The notes under the pieces: generated by a model
What the model was told of the DNA's origin: nothing
The model's database searches: none
Seen by the model: only the letters and a program-made list of their open reading frames with translations
Virus record (IMG/VR): IMGVR_UViG_3300032225_002661
Location: 1 to 44,877 of that record
From: a virus
Taxonomy: Duplodnaviria > Caudoviricetes
DNA length: 44,877 bases
Strand: one strand, 5' to 3'
In this document: positions 9,624 to 19,416 of the stretch, piece by piece
Layout: each line of letters begins with the position of its first letter
Numbering within the stretch: position 1 is the first letter of the stretch
Translations under genes and position numbers: made by a program

Positions 9624-11149
9624 TCTCTTGGGTCGAGAAATATTGGTTTATCAGTTCTTATTGGGCTTATATTCCCTGCGATAATAGGAGGCAATGCATT
9701 TTGATTCGTATATCCTTCCAAGCTATATTGCCAAATTTTTTCCATAGGATCATAAGAATTAGTACTATTAGAAATATCTTGATAAACAAGCGCTTCGCTT
9801 CCATACAAATTTTTTATTCCGCTCCCCTTAAAAGAACCCTGCAGTTGAAATTTTTCCAAACTATAACCTCCAAAATTTTGTATAAAATATGTCGGGGCAA
9901 CGGCTGATGGTACATATTTCTTAATAATAAGACTTGGTTTGATCGTAATTGTATAATTTCCTTCTGTAAAATTTGCAGGAAGATTTTGATTACTGTAAAC
10001 TTTTGAAAAATTAAATTTACCAGCACTGCTTTTTGAAATATTAGAATTTTTTAAAAAACCAAATCCAGTAAAGCCTGGCAAAGAATTAGCTGCTTCAATT
10101 TCTGTTATTTTTGATTTTTGATGTCCTCGATAAATGATCTCTCCGTCTATAGTAGTTTCAGTTATTCCATACATATAGTTTTTATTTTTGCTGATCTTAT
10201 ATTCTATACATGGATTTGGACGGTTATCATTATCGAATAAGCAATTAAATGAAATTAAATTTTTTTCTTTATTTTTATTGAAAGAAAATTCTAACATTAT
10301 TGGGTTCAAATATCCACTAAATAACCCTGTGGTTAAGTTATAATAATTAATTTCATTTTCAAATTCATCGATATTTTGATTTAATCCACAATTAAAATTT
10401 CCTTGCAGAGAAACGCTAATAAAATTATTTTTGACCCCAGAAGAAACGTCAATGTTATAATCTAAAATTCCTCCAGAATAATTAGAAAGAATATAAGATT
10501 CTTGTATTTCATATTTATTATTTATTCTATCTATAGATTCTTGAAATGAATTTAAACAATACTTTTCTCCAGTAATAAATGAAGTCGCAGGAATATTTGA
10601 CAAACCAGAATAATTTTTTACAAAATTTATTGCATTATTTAAAGCATTAGATTTTGAATCACTAGTATTTATTCCCTCTGCTGATATTTTATGAGTTAAA
10701 GTCGTTTTATCTATAGATTGACTAAAACCAAATTCATTTATAGGATTATTTACGTTATATAAAAAAGTTTGAGATTCTAAAATTATAGAATAATCAACAA
10801 TTTTATTGTAATTACTCTCTTTAAAGTCTATGGACTTTACTACAATATAATTTTTATCATATATTTTATCATAACTGTTTGTGTTATTTTTTTCGTATAT
10901 TTCTAATATTTTAAAATTTTGAGAAAAAATATCTATTAAATTTTTTTGCCCAGACTGAAGTTCTACAAAATTATTTCCAGTAATTTGCCCATTTAATTCT
11001 ATTTTCTCTATATCTCCAATTTTTTTTCTATTAGATTTTACATCTTTGGTTATAGAAACCATTGGAGTTGGAGTCGGTAAAGTCTGATAGTTGTAATTTA
11101 TATAATTAATAATCATAAGATATAATTTTTTTACCTTCGAAATCTCCAT
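9608..11149 (-). CDS. Distal tail / tail tip structural protein (paralog of 11106..12662)
   Basis: 513 aa; second gene after the tape measure; shares motifs with the upstream gene. The true start may be ATG 11119. Confidence 0.55.
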   Translation of the reverse strand: MEISKVKKLYLMIINYINYNYQTLPTPTPMVSITKDVKSNRKKIGDIEKIELNGQITGNNFVELQSGQKNLIDIFSQNFKILEIYEKNNTNSYDKIYDKNYIVVKSIDFKESNYNKIVDYSIILESQTFLYNVNNPINEFGFSQSIDKTTLTHKISAEGINTSDSKSNALNNAINFVKNYSGLSNIPATSFITGEKYCLNSFQESIDRINNKYEIQESYILSNYSGGILDYNIDVSSGVKNNFISVSLQGNFNCGLNQNIDEFENEINYYNLTTGLFSGYLNPIMLEFSFNKNKEKNLISFNCLFDNDNRPNPCIEYKISKNKNYMYGITETTIDGEIIYRGHQKSKITEIEAANSLPGFTGFGFLKNSNISKSSAGKFNFSKVYSNQNLPANFTEGNYTITIKPSLIIKKYVPSAVAPTYFIQNFGGYSLEKFQLQGSFKGSGIKNLYGSEALVYQDISNSTNSYDPMEKIWQYSLEGYTNQNALPPIIAGNISPIRTDKPIFLDPREWEGF

Positions 11150-12662
11150 TTAAGCTTATGCTATAACTTTCGTCTTCTACAACAGAAGAAAAATTTTGAG
11201 CAGGCAGAGATTGGATTAATAAACTTCTAATTTCTTGAAAAGACATATCCTTACCCACCCCTTTTATTTCTACAGTCATCGCCCCAAGATTAATTTGATT
11301 ACCATAACTTTTTAGAGTATTATTATTTACAATTACATACTCTTTGATCATCTTCGTCGGTTCTTTATTTGAAATTTTAGTTTTTAAATATTTAACTTTA
11401 CTATTTGGGCCGAAATAAGCTGGATCAAGAGTATTAGAAATTGAATATTCGTAATTAATATTTTTATAGTTTTGTAATGGATAAAAATTTCCGCTCGTAT
11501 AAGCAAAGCTGTCTTGCAAAATTTTTGGATAAATACTTTTCCTTTGTTCAAAAATAGTTTCTGGCAAAATAGTTGAATTTTTATATAATAAAATATTGCC
11601 TTTTTCATTTTCCGTTACAACGCCAATACCATCCGTGGATTTATTTATAGAATATTCTAAATAATAATTCTGAGTGTGATTTGCATCATTTGTATATAAT
11701 ATTTTATATTTTGCTTGCGCTTTTTGCGGATCGAAAGATTTTCCGAATTCTAATGGTTGATTCAATAAATTATAATATTGTCCAGAATAAATATTTGCAT
11801 GATTTGAAAAAATTTCATTACATCTATCAAAAGAAATACTTTTTTCATAATCTATTATTTCGTTAAAATTTTTAGCGCCGGGGATTAGCATAGAAATTTG
11901 CCCGTCTTCTCCTACATTTATTACTCCATCATTTTTAATATTAAAAGAATGATTTAAAGAAATAGAATAATCATTTTTAAAATTTTTATCTATTTGAATT
12001 TTTTTTGAAAAAGCGCATTCACCATTTATTAAATTATAGGTTTCAGAAAATAAATTTCTTTTCGTTTTTAAACTATTGTAATAACCAGAAAAATCGCCAT
12101 AAAGACCATAATTTAAATTATCATTGAATACTCCAGACGCGTAAATTTTTAATTTATCAAATACTTGTTGATTATTTAATTCAAGATTTTTAAGGCTAAT
12201 TTTTAAATCGTGAGAATATTCATATTTATCTGATTCGTAATTAAAATTAAAATTTTCATCAAATGAGCCTATTTGGTCTCGAATCGACGCTAAAGAAGAT
12301 CCGTAATAATCTCCGGATAATGCTTGAAAATCATTATTATCGATAATCTCAATAGAATATTTATATTTCCCTAAGAATATAGGATTATTTTCTGAAAAAT
12401 TTACAGACTTTATAATACCGCTTCCTAAAAAATATCCATTTATTTCAATTGATTCATATTGGCCAGAGATTGAATTTAGTATTTCTTTTGTGTCTAATAT
12501 CGACTCTTTTACCCCTTGACCATCCATATTAGTTTGCCTATTATACAATATTCCTTCTAAATCAATTTTTTTCATTTGATTAATTAAAGCAGTGTTATTA
12601 GAACTATATGTTTTTTCTAAATTCATAGACATTAATACCGCGTCTTTAAATATGTAGCTCAT
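11106..12662 (-). CDS. Distal tail / tail tip structural protein
   Basis: 518 aa, beta-rich; directly follows the tape measure gene, the usual Dit position. Confidence 0.55.
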   Translation of the reverse strand: MSYIFKDAVLMSMNLEKTYSSNNTALINQMKKIDLEGILYNRQTNMDGQGVKESILDTKEILNSISGQYESIEINGYFLGSGIIKSVNFSENNPIFLGKYKYSIEIIDNNDFQALSGDYYGSSLASIRDQIGSFDENFNFNYESDKYEYSHDLKISLKNLELNNQQVFDKLKIYASGVFNDNLNYGLYGDFSGYYNSLKTKRNLFSETYNLINGECAFSKKIQIDKNFKNDYSISLNHSFNIKNDGVINVGEDGQISMLIPGAKNFNEIIDYEKSISFDRCNEIFSNHANIYSGQYYNLLNQPLEFGKSFDPQKAQAKYKILYTNDANHTQNYYLEYSINKSTDGIGVVTENEKGNILLYKNSTILPETIFEQRKSIYPKILQDSFAYTSGNFYPLQNYKNINYEYSISNTLDPAYFGPNSKVKYLKTKISNKEPTKMIKEYVIVNNNTLKSYGNQINLGAMTVEIKGVGKDMSFQEIRSLLIQSLPAQNFSSVVEDESYSISLNGDFEGKKIISYDY

Positions 12663-12665
12663 GCT

Positions 12666-15600
12666 TTATCCTAAAAATGTTCTGCCTACTCCATAATTTC
12701 TAAATGGTCGATCTGTGGTAGCGGGCATTTCTCTACCAGAAGCTCTGCCTATAGATTGCCTTAGACTTTCGGCTACTCCTTTTTGTACCTCTGCTAAAAT
12801 TTTAGAAGACATTTCTTTTAATTTTTGATCGAAATTTTTCTCTATCTGTGCTTTAGTTTTTTGTAGATCACTATCATCAATTTGCACGGTAAATGTTTGA
12901 GAATTCAAGCTAACTTGTACATTTCCCTGCACATCTAAAGGAGAAACATTAATATTACCATCAAGATTTAAATTTTCCGGTTGAGAATTTAAACTAGTTT
13001 TTAATGCAGAAGAAAGCTCTGAAATCTCTTGGCTTAAATTTTTAGATTCTGATGTAGAATTATTTTGTAATTGAGGAGAAGTAGATTGGATTATTCTTTG
13101 TAATATTGAGCCTAATCTATCAAAATCATTTTTATTTTGAGTATTAGCATTTTGTACGTTAGCTGGGGCTCCAGTGTAACTAATAATTTCTTGACCTCCA
13201 GGAGTTCTGGTTCTATTCATTATATTCCCACTAGGAGTTAAATTTTCTGGTTTTTTATTTTCGGCATTTAACTCTAATCCTTTTTTGCCCAACTGATTTG
13301 TGATTTCTTGCTGGATTTCTTGTTGTTTTTGGTTCAAAGATTCAATGCTGGTGTTAATTTGCTCTTGTAATTGTTGTATTTTTTGGATATTTTCTATATA
13401 ACTATTAAAAGCTTGATAATCAGTAGAACCCGTGTCTTTATTTAAATCTCTTAATTCTCTAGATATGCTTGAACCCTTTTTTTGCTCTTGGGTTTGTAAT
13501 TCTTGCAGACTTGGAATTGGTTTATTTTCTGAAATAGCTTTATTAACTTGACCTTCGACCCATTTCCCCAAGCTTTTATTTGCATTTTCCATATTTTCTT
13601 TAAGGCCCTGGGTTCTCTGAGACTCTTGATTTAACATAGCTTCATTCAAATTTTTAGAACTTTGTATGCCAAGAATTTCAATTTTCTTTTTGCCTATACT
13701 TTCTGTCATATCTGCGTTAGATTCAGCTTCTTTTAATTTATTTCTTGCCGAATCAATTCCATTAGCAGGATTTAAACCTCGCATATAATTTGATATACTA
13801 TCCTTTATAGCTTGTTGAATGCCAGAAAAAATTGTCCCATCCATATTAGAAGATATTTTTTGTAATAATCCGGTTATAGTTTTCACGTCGCCAGCCATAC
13901 TCTGTATATTTAAAGGCATTGTAGCAGAAGCTTTTCCGGTTTTTATAGCTTCGTCAACTTGAGTAGACGCTATGCTGCCCGCATTTGACATTCTTTTATT
14001 TATTAAATCAATTAAAGTTTTTTCTCCTCCAGAATATGATCTACTTCCGTTAGGTCTGCCATACATATCATAATTTTGCGTATTTAAGCTAAGAGCTTGT
14101 TTTAGGGTATTTCCTTGATATAATATGTCTTGTGCTCGAGATTTTATTAACATTTCTCTTATAGATTTAGCTTGGTTTTCTTCTCCAGGCTTAAATCCTC
14201 CTAATTCATCAGTAATCATTTTGATAAAACCAGTAGTAAAACCTGGAGTATTTGATTGGGCTTGAACTTTGCTTAATAGACTTTCTCGATCTGACATTAA
14301 ATCTCTCATCCCAAATGCTGATTGGCCGCCAAAAGCGGAACGATCTACGTCTCTAGAAGCTAAAGCTTTTTGTACAGCGAGTTGATTTCTCGCAATGTCA
14401 TTCGCTTGGATAGCTTTTTGATTTAAATCTATAAGTTGTTGACTTTGTTTGTCTAATTCTGTTGTCAAATCTGTATTTAATTTTTCTTTGTCTCCTTTTG
14501 TGAAGCTTTCGCCCAAACCTTCTAAAGTATTTTTAATATCTTGGGCTAAATTTTGTCCAGAATTATTTGTATTAATTTTACTTAAATTGCTTAAAACGTC
14601 TTTTATTTTTTCGTCTTCAGTTTTGCCTTTCATGCTATTCAAAGCTTCCATAGCTGTTCTCATTAAATTACTATTTGTGTTACTTTGAATGGATTGCGCA
14701 TCGCTGATAAATTCTTGTCTACGGACTAATTCTTCTAATGCAGAATTAGTTTTTGCTTCTTCAAAAGGGTTCAAAAATGGTTTTTGATAATCAATCATAC
14801 CACGAGCTTTTTCAATATTTAACAAGTTTTTATTATTGTCGCTTTGTTGATTGTATTTTTGTTGATAAGATCTAAATTCAATTGAACTTTTCGCTATAGC
14901 TTCTAAAGATTCTTTAAATCTATCAACTGAGCTCTTGGCTTGGTCTATGACTTTTTGTTCCATTGCAATTTTTTTACTAAGCTCTTCTCTATCTTTTTCT
15001 GTTTTCTTTAAAACCTCCGAAGTACTTGCGGCATCTGCGCCTAATTTAATTATTTGTTCTCTTAGTCTTTTGATGTCCTCTGGGCTAGAGTTTCTTAAAG
15101 ATTCTGCTACATTTTTGTCTAAACCAAAATCTCTTTGCATCTTATTAATAAAATCTCCACTTGATAGAGCTCTTAGAGAATTAGCTATATTAGGATTTTT
15201 AAATGCTTCTTCAAATTTATTTAATCCTTCCTTAGAAAAAGATCCGACTACTCCTGAAGCGGCGGCTTCTCCTTGAGCATTATTTTTTATAATAGTGGCC
15301 CCTCTCATTTTTTGGAATAAATCCTCTATAATGGAATTTATATTCAAACCGCTTAATATATTTCCTAAAAATTTACTATTTAAACTATTTAATCCTGGTA
15401 AAGGTATCGATCCAGGAACTGAAGATCCAATCTTTTGTATTATATTTTCATTTCCTCCAAAAAATCCTTTGCTTATTTCTGTACTAAATCTTCCAAATTT
15501 TTCTATAGTATTACTATCAATTGAGGCTTGCGTTTTAGCTGCGAATTCTAAGCCTTTTTGTTTTTGAATTAACTCTTTTTGTACCTTAGTTATTTCTTCT

Positions 15601-18600
15601 TGTAATTTTGTATTATCTTGAATAGCTAAAAGCTGTAGTCTATAAGCAGAAGGGATTTCTCTTGCAGCCTCAATTAATTCTTTATTTAGTTTAACTAAAT
15701 CTGAGCTCTTAGCTTTAGGATTACTATACGCTTCTGTCAACCTTTGCAGTACTGTAGAATATTTTTGAGTTCCGTTTGAAAAATTAGAATTTTCGTCTTT
15801 TATTTTTTCTAAAGAAGCTTCTATAGCTGGACCTTTATCGAATAAAAATCCAGTTAAAGAATTTATGGCTCCCGCTGCGCCTATCAAAGCGCCAACAGCT
15901 ATTCCTGCTGGACCAGGAAGATATCCCATTGTTGTAGCTGCTGTTCCTAAGGATTGGGTAAATGAATCTATCGCTTGAGCAGTTTTTTTATCACTTCCAG
16001 CCAAGGTCGAAGCAAATCCACCCAACATAGATAATCCAAAACTTGCAAAAATTAATTTATTTTTAAAATTTTGTACATTTTCAGATAAAGCATTATCATC
16101 AAACGCTTTGCGTAAAGTATTTTTAATATTTCCAGAGAAACCAAGATCTTTAGGCAAAATCGGAGGAATTTCAGTAGACGTAGCGGTTTTTTCTAAATTT
16201 TTATTTAATTTCGCAGTATTATCTCTAGTCATTTTTAATTTGTCTGAGACCTCTTTTAAGGTAGCGTCAATTTGTTCGGTAGTTTTATTTGAGTTAATTA
16301 ATTTAGCGATAAGTTTTTCTAATTCCGAACTAGCCCTTCCTCCAATACCAGAACTTAAAATATCATCATAATTTTCTATACCTGGCCCGCCCGTGACAGA
16401 AGCTTTCGCAAAATTAGGAATACGATTATTATATTTTTCTTTTCCACTTCCAGTCAACATCAAATTAGATATAGAAGATAATTGTCCTTGATTTATATGA
16501 TCATTTTTTATAATTTTATCTGCGTTTTTGCCATATTTTGAAGTTTGTTCATCATTGACAACAACTGGTGTCCCCAAAGTGTCGGACCATAAAATTTCTG
16601 GATTTCTTCCAGAAGCTTTTTTTTCTCTCTCCATTGCTTGATTTATTGCGCTGAAATTTGGAATATAGCCAAAAGCTTTACCCCTTTTAGTCGAATATTG
16701 TTCAGAACGAGAAAGTTTTGCTTGTTGAATTTGACGGACTAAGTCTTCTCTATTTTTTGATTTTAATATTTTAATTGCCATATCCATGCGATTTTCGCTA
16801 GAAGCAGAACTTTTAAAATCTGCACTTGCTCCAGCTTTTGCTCCTGGGAAAAATTTCTTTAATCCCTCTGGGACGCTACCAACATCAAATGTGCCCTTAT
16901 TTAAATCTGTAGCGACTTCTCTTCCAAAAGCTGCTCTAAATCCTGCTTCGAAAATTCCTCCTACTTGCGCGCCAATAGCTCCATATATTCCTTCAGTTTT
17001 GCCAATAGCCGCTTCTATTTCTTCCGGTTCTAGTGGAGGATTTACATTTAATTGTTTGGTAAATGTTTTTACTTCTTTTTTAATATTATTTTTTACATTT
17101 TCTTCTAATTTTTGTTTTTTATCCACATTTCTATAACCGAATATTGGGAAAATAACATCGATTCCAGGAAGGCCAACGGATGGTTCTTCTTTAAAGGTAT
17201 AGCCCCCGATTCCGCCCCTAACGTCAGATAGAGTTAATAGTTGAGCGTCACTATCAATGGCTATTCTTTTAGATTTAAAACTAGAAGTATCTTGTTTTGC
17301 ATTAACCATTGATTGTGGCACCCCATTCGGCCATTTTGCTGCAAGATTTGATCCTGGAGCTCCAAAATATAACTTGTCTTTCAATATTGGGCTATCTCCT
17401 CTTCCAGCGTCTGCTCTTAAAATATTGGCTAGCCCTTTATAAGAGACGGGAGAAGCAAAATTAGGATGAAAACTTAAGGATTTATAAGGGTCAAAACCGT
17501 GTTGTTTTATAAAATTATTTTTATAAATTTTACCAGCCTGACTATATTTCGGAGGCAAAATTGCTGGATCTTTGGCCCCAGGATATTTAACTAAAGATTC
17601 AGAAGAGTTATAAGTCACCATTCCTTCGTTTTGAAGATAGGTTCTTTTTATAGATCCAGCTTTATATCCCCCCAACGCCGCACCAATTTCTTCCATTTGA
17701 TCTTCTTTGTTAAAATTAGGTATATATCCGGCAGCTTTTATTCTATTAGAAACTACTAAACCCTTCAATGCCCCACTTTGAGCCACTCCTACTCCAGCCG
17801 ATGATAAAGTTTTAGCTAAAGACGAAGCGATGCCAATTTGTTTTTGCATGTTTGCGGTTTCTTGTTCTATTAAACTTAAAATTTGTCTATGAAGACTAGC
17901 GGTATCGATATTACCTTTATTAATTTGATCAATTAATTGAGGATTTTTACCAATTATATTCAATACTTGAGATTGTATCTGAGATTGCTGCATCGAAGCA
18001 TTATTAACGCCACTTAAGCTTTTAAAAGCGTCTACAGAATAAGTTCTTAATCTGTCGAAAACTTTTGTTAAAGCTATTAACGCCAACGCTATTCCTGGGC
18101 CCCCAAGAAAGTTGCCTATACCTCTAGCTATTCCTTCTCCGATTTTCGCTCCAACACCATCATTTTCTCCTTTTTTTGTCGAAAAATTTTCTAGCGCCGC
18201 ATTTAATCCGCTTAAAGTTTTTTGTATTACGGGCCCCAAAGATATATTCCCTATATCTGTCGCAGATTTAGTTAAATTGACAAGAGTTTGGTTTAATGTA
18301 GAAGAAAGAGTCTGATTTAACTGTTCGTTTCTTCTATTCGCTTCGTCTGTAGCCCCCATAGATGTCTCTAAAGCTTGATTAAAAACAGAATACTCTTTTG
18401 ACAAATCACTTAATGATGCTTTTAAAATATTAATTTGGAATACTCCACCTACTAATTCTGCAATTTGAGATTTCTGAGTCCCCGTTAAGGTTTCGAATTT
18501 TGTAGATAGTTGTCCAAGTATTTGCATCAAAGGCATAATATTACCTTCTGCGTTTTTAGTTTTTACGCCTAATTCATCTAAAGCGGATAAAACTTCTGGT

Positions 18601-19376
18601 CTTTGTAATCTAGTAAAAATTGTTTTAAAACTATTTCCAATAACAGAACCTCCTCGGGATGTTATTTGTTGAGCAGAAGTTACCAAAGCCACTAATTCAT
18701 CTAAACTTACTCCGGCGTCTTGAGCAGAACTTCCTACCCTTTTTATAGCTTCAGCTAAATCTGCGGAACTTACTGCAAAACCAGTATCAACAGCTATAAG
18801 CTTATTAATTAATTCATTAGAGCTTATTACTGTTTGATTAAATGAATTTAGTGCAGAAGTGATAGACTCCGTACTACTTATTACATCTAATCCGCTTAAT
18901 CTAGTTAAAATTAAAGCATCACTAGTCCTTTTTAAGGTTTCACTTACTCCTAAACCTTGTCGAGAAAATTCTAAAGCTGATTTGGCGACTGTATCAAAAG
19001 ATTGGCCGGTATTTTTTGCTAAATCAAATAAATCATTTCCAAATTTACTTAATTCTTTTTGGCTAACAGATAAGATAGTATTTATTTCAGCTAAAGATCT
19101 TTGAACATCTATAGTAGTTTTGATCATTCCAGAAAAAGCTTTTTCAACAGCGTATATAGCTCCTGCAGACACGCCGAATGCTATAACTCGAGCATTTGAT
19201 GCGGCTAAGGATTTTTCGAATTCGCCTAGCTGACCAGTTATTTTACCTAGAGGCTGCGAAAATCCTTTTGTATTTAAATTTAAATTAGAACTAGAAACGA
19301 CTTTTTGTATATCTCGTTCTAGTTGGCGGGTATCGCCACCTATACTTAAAATAATGTCTTGAGATCCTTCTGCCAT
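12666..19376 (-). CDS. Tail tape measure protein (TP901-like core) with internal PNF-delimited cassette
   Basis: 2236 aa; N-terminal TP901-family-like signature (FDTVAKSALEFSRQG...LADLAEA-like SSADLAEAIKRVGSSAQDAGVSLDELVALVT...GNSFKTIFTRL); Gly/Ala hydrophobic segments; long coiled coils; follows tail tube and chaperones. Confidence 0.92.
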   Translation of the reverse strand: MAEGSQDIILSIGGDTRQLERDIQKVVSSSNLNLNTKGFSQPLGKITGQLGEFEKSLAASNARVIAFGVSAGAIYAVEKAFSGMIKTTIDVQRSLAEINTILSVSQKELSKFGNDLFDLAKNTGQSFDTVAKSALEFSRQGLGVSETLKRTSDALILTRLSGLDVISSTESITSALNSFNQTVISSNELINKLIAVDTGFAVSSADLAEAIKRVGSSAQDAGVSLDELVALVTSAQQITSRGGSVIGNSFKTIFTRLQRPEVLSALDELGVKTKNAEGNIMPLMQILGQLSTKFETLTGTQKSQIAELVGGVFQINILKASLSDLSKEYSVFNQALETSMGATDEANRRNEQLNQTLSSTLNQTLVNLTKSATDIGNISLGPVIQKTLSGLNAALENFSTKKGENDGVGAKIGEGIARGIGNFLGGPGIALALIALTKVFDRLRTYSVDAFKSLSGVNNASMQQSQIQSQVLNIIGKNPQLIDQINKGNIDTASLHRQILSLIEQETANMQKQIGIASSLAKTLSSAGVGVAQSGALKGLVVSNRIKAAGYIPNFNKEDQMEEIGAALGGYKAGSIKRTYLQNEGMVTYNSSESLVKYPGAKDPAILPPKYSQAGKIYKNNFIKQHGFDPYKSLSFHPNFASPVSYKGLANILRADAGRGDSPILKDKLYFGAPGSNLAAKWPNGVPQSMVNAKQDTSSFKSKRIAIDSDAQLLTLSDVRGGIGGYTFKEEPSVGLPGIDVIFPIFGYRNVDKKQKLEENVKNNIKKEVKTFTKQLNVNPPLEPEEIEAAIGKTEGIYGAIGAQVGGIFEAGFRAAFGREVATDLNKGTFDVGSVPEGLKKFFPGAKAGASADFKSSASSENRMDMAIKILKSKNREDLVRQIQQAKLSRSEQYSTKRGKAFGYIPNFSAINQAMEREKKASGRNPEILWSDTLGTPVVVNDEQTSKYGKNADKIIKNDHINQGQLSSISNLMLTGSGKEKYNNRIPNFAKASVTGGPGIENYDDILSSGIGGRASSELEKLIAKLINSNKTTEQIDATLKEVSDKLKMTRDNTAKLNKNLEKTATSTEIPPILPKDLGFSGNIKNTLRKAFDDNALSENVQNFKNKLIFASFGLSMLGGFASTLAGSDKKTAQAIDSFTQSLGTAATTMGYLPGPAGIAVGALIGAAGAINSLTGFLFDKGPAIEASLEKIKDENSNFSNGTQKYSTVLQRLTEAYSNPKAKSSDLVKLNKELIEAAREIPSAYRLQLLAIQDNTKLQEEITKVQKELIQKQKGLEFAAKTQASIDSNTIEKFGRFSTEISKGFFGGNENIIQKIGSSVPGSIPLPGLNSLNSKFLGNILSGLNINSIIEDLFQKMRGATIIKNNAQGEAAASGVVGSFSKEGLNKFEEAFKNPNIANSLRALSSGDFINKMQRDFGLDKNVAESLRNSSPEDIKRLREQIIKLGADAASTSEVLKKTEKDREELSKKIAMEQKVIDQAKSSVDRFKESLEAIAKSSIEFRSYQQKYNQQSDNNKNLLNIEKARGMIDYQKPFLNPFEEAKTNSALEELVRRQEFISDAQSIQSNTNSNLMRTAMEALNSMKGKTEDEKIKDVLSNLSKINTNNSGQNLAQDIKNTLEGLGESFTKGDKEKLNTDLTTELDKQSQQLIDLNQKAIQANDIARNQLAVQKALASRDVDRSAFGGQSAFGMRDLMSDRESLLSKVQAQSNTPGFTTGFIKMITDELGGFKPGEENQAKSIREMLIKSRAQDILYQGNTLKQALSLNTQNYDMYGRPNGSRSYSGGEKTLIDLINKRMSNAGSIASTQVDEAIKTGKASATMPLNIQSMAGDVKTITGLLQKISSNMDGTIFSGIQQAIKDSISNYMRGLNPANGIDSARNKLKEAESNADMTESIGKKKIEILGIQSSKNLNEAMLNQESQRTQGLKENMENANKSLGKWVEGQVNKAISENKPIPSLQELQTQEQKKGSSISRELRDLNKDTGSTDYQAFNSYIENIQKIQQLQEQINTSIESLNQKQQEIQQEITNQLGKKGLELNAENKKPENLTPSGNIMNRTRTPGGQEIISYTGAPANVQNANTQNKNDFDRLGSILQRIIQSTSPQLQNNSTSESKNLSQEISELSSALKTSLNSQPENLNLDGNINVSPLDVQGNVQVSLNSQTFTVQIDDSDLQKTKAQIEKNFDQKLKEMSSKILAEVQKGVAESLRQSIGRASGREMPATTDRPFRNYGVGRTFLG

Positions 19377-19398
19377 ATTCCTTTAATCCTTTAATACT

Positions 19399-19405
19399 AT
19401 TACAC
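19399..19405 (-). promoter_or_regulatory. GTGTAAT motif, putative late promoter of tape measure operon
   Basis: Exact motif 22 nt upstream of ATG 19376, followed by AAAGGATTAAAGGAAT-ATG. Confidence 0.65.
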
Positions 19406-19416
19406 ATAATTTTTAA

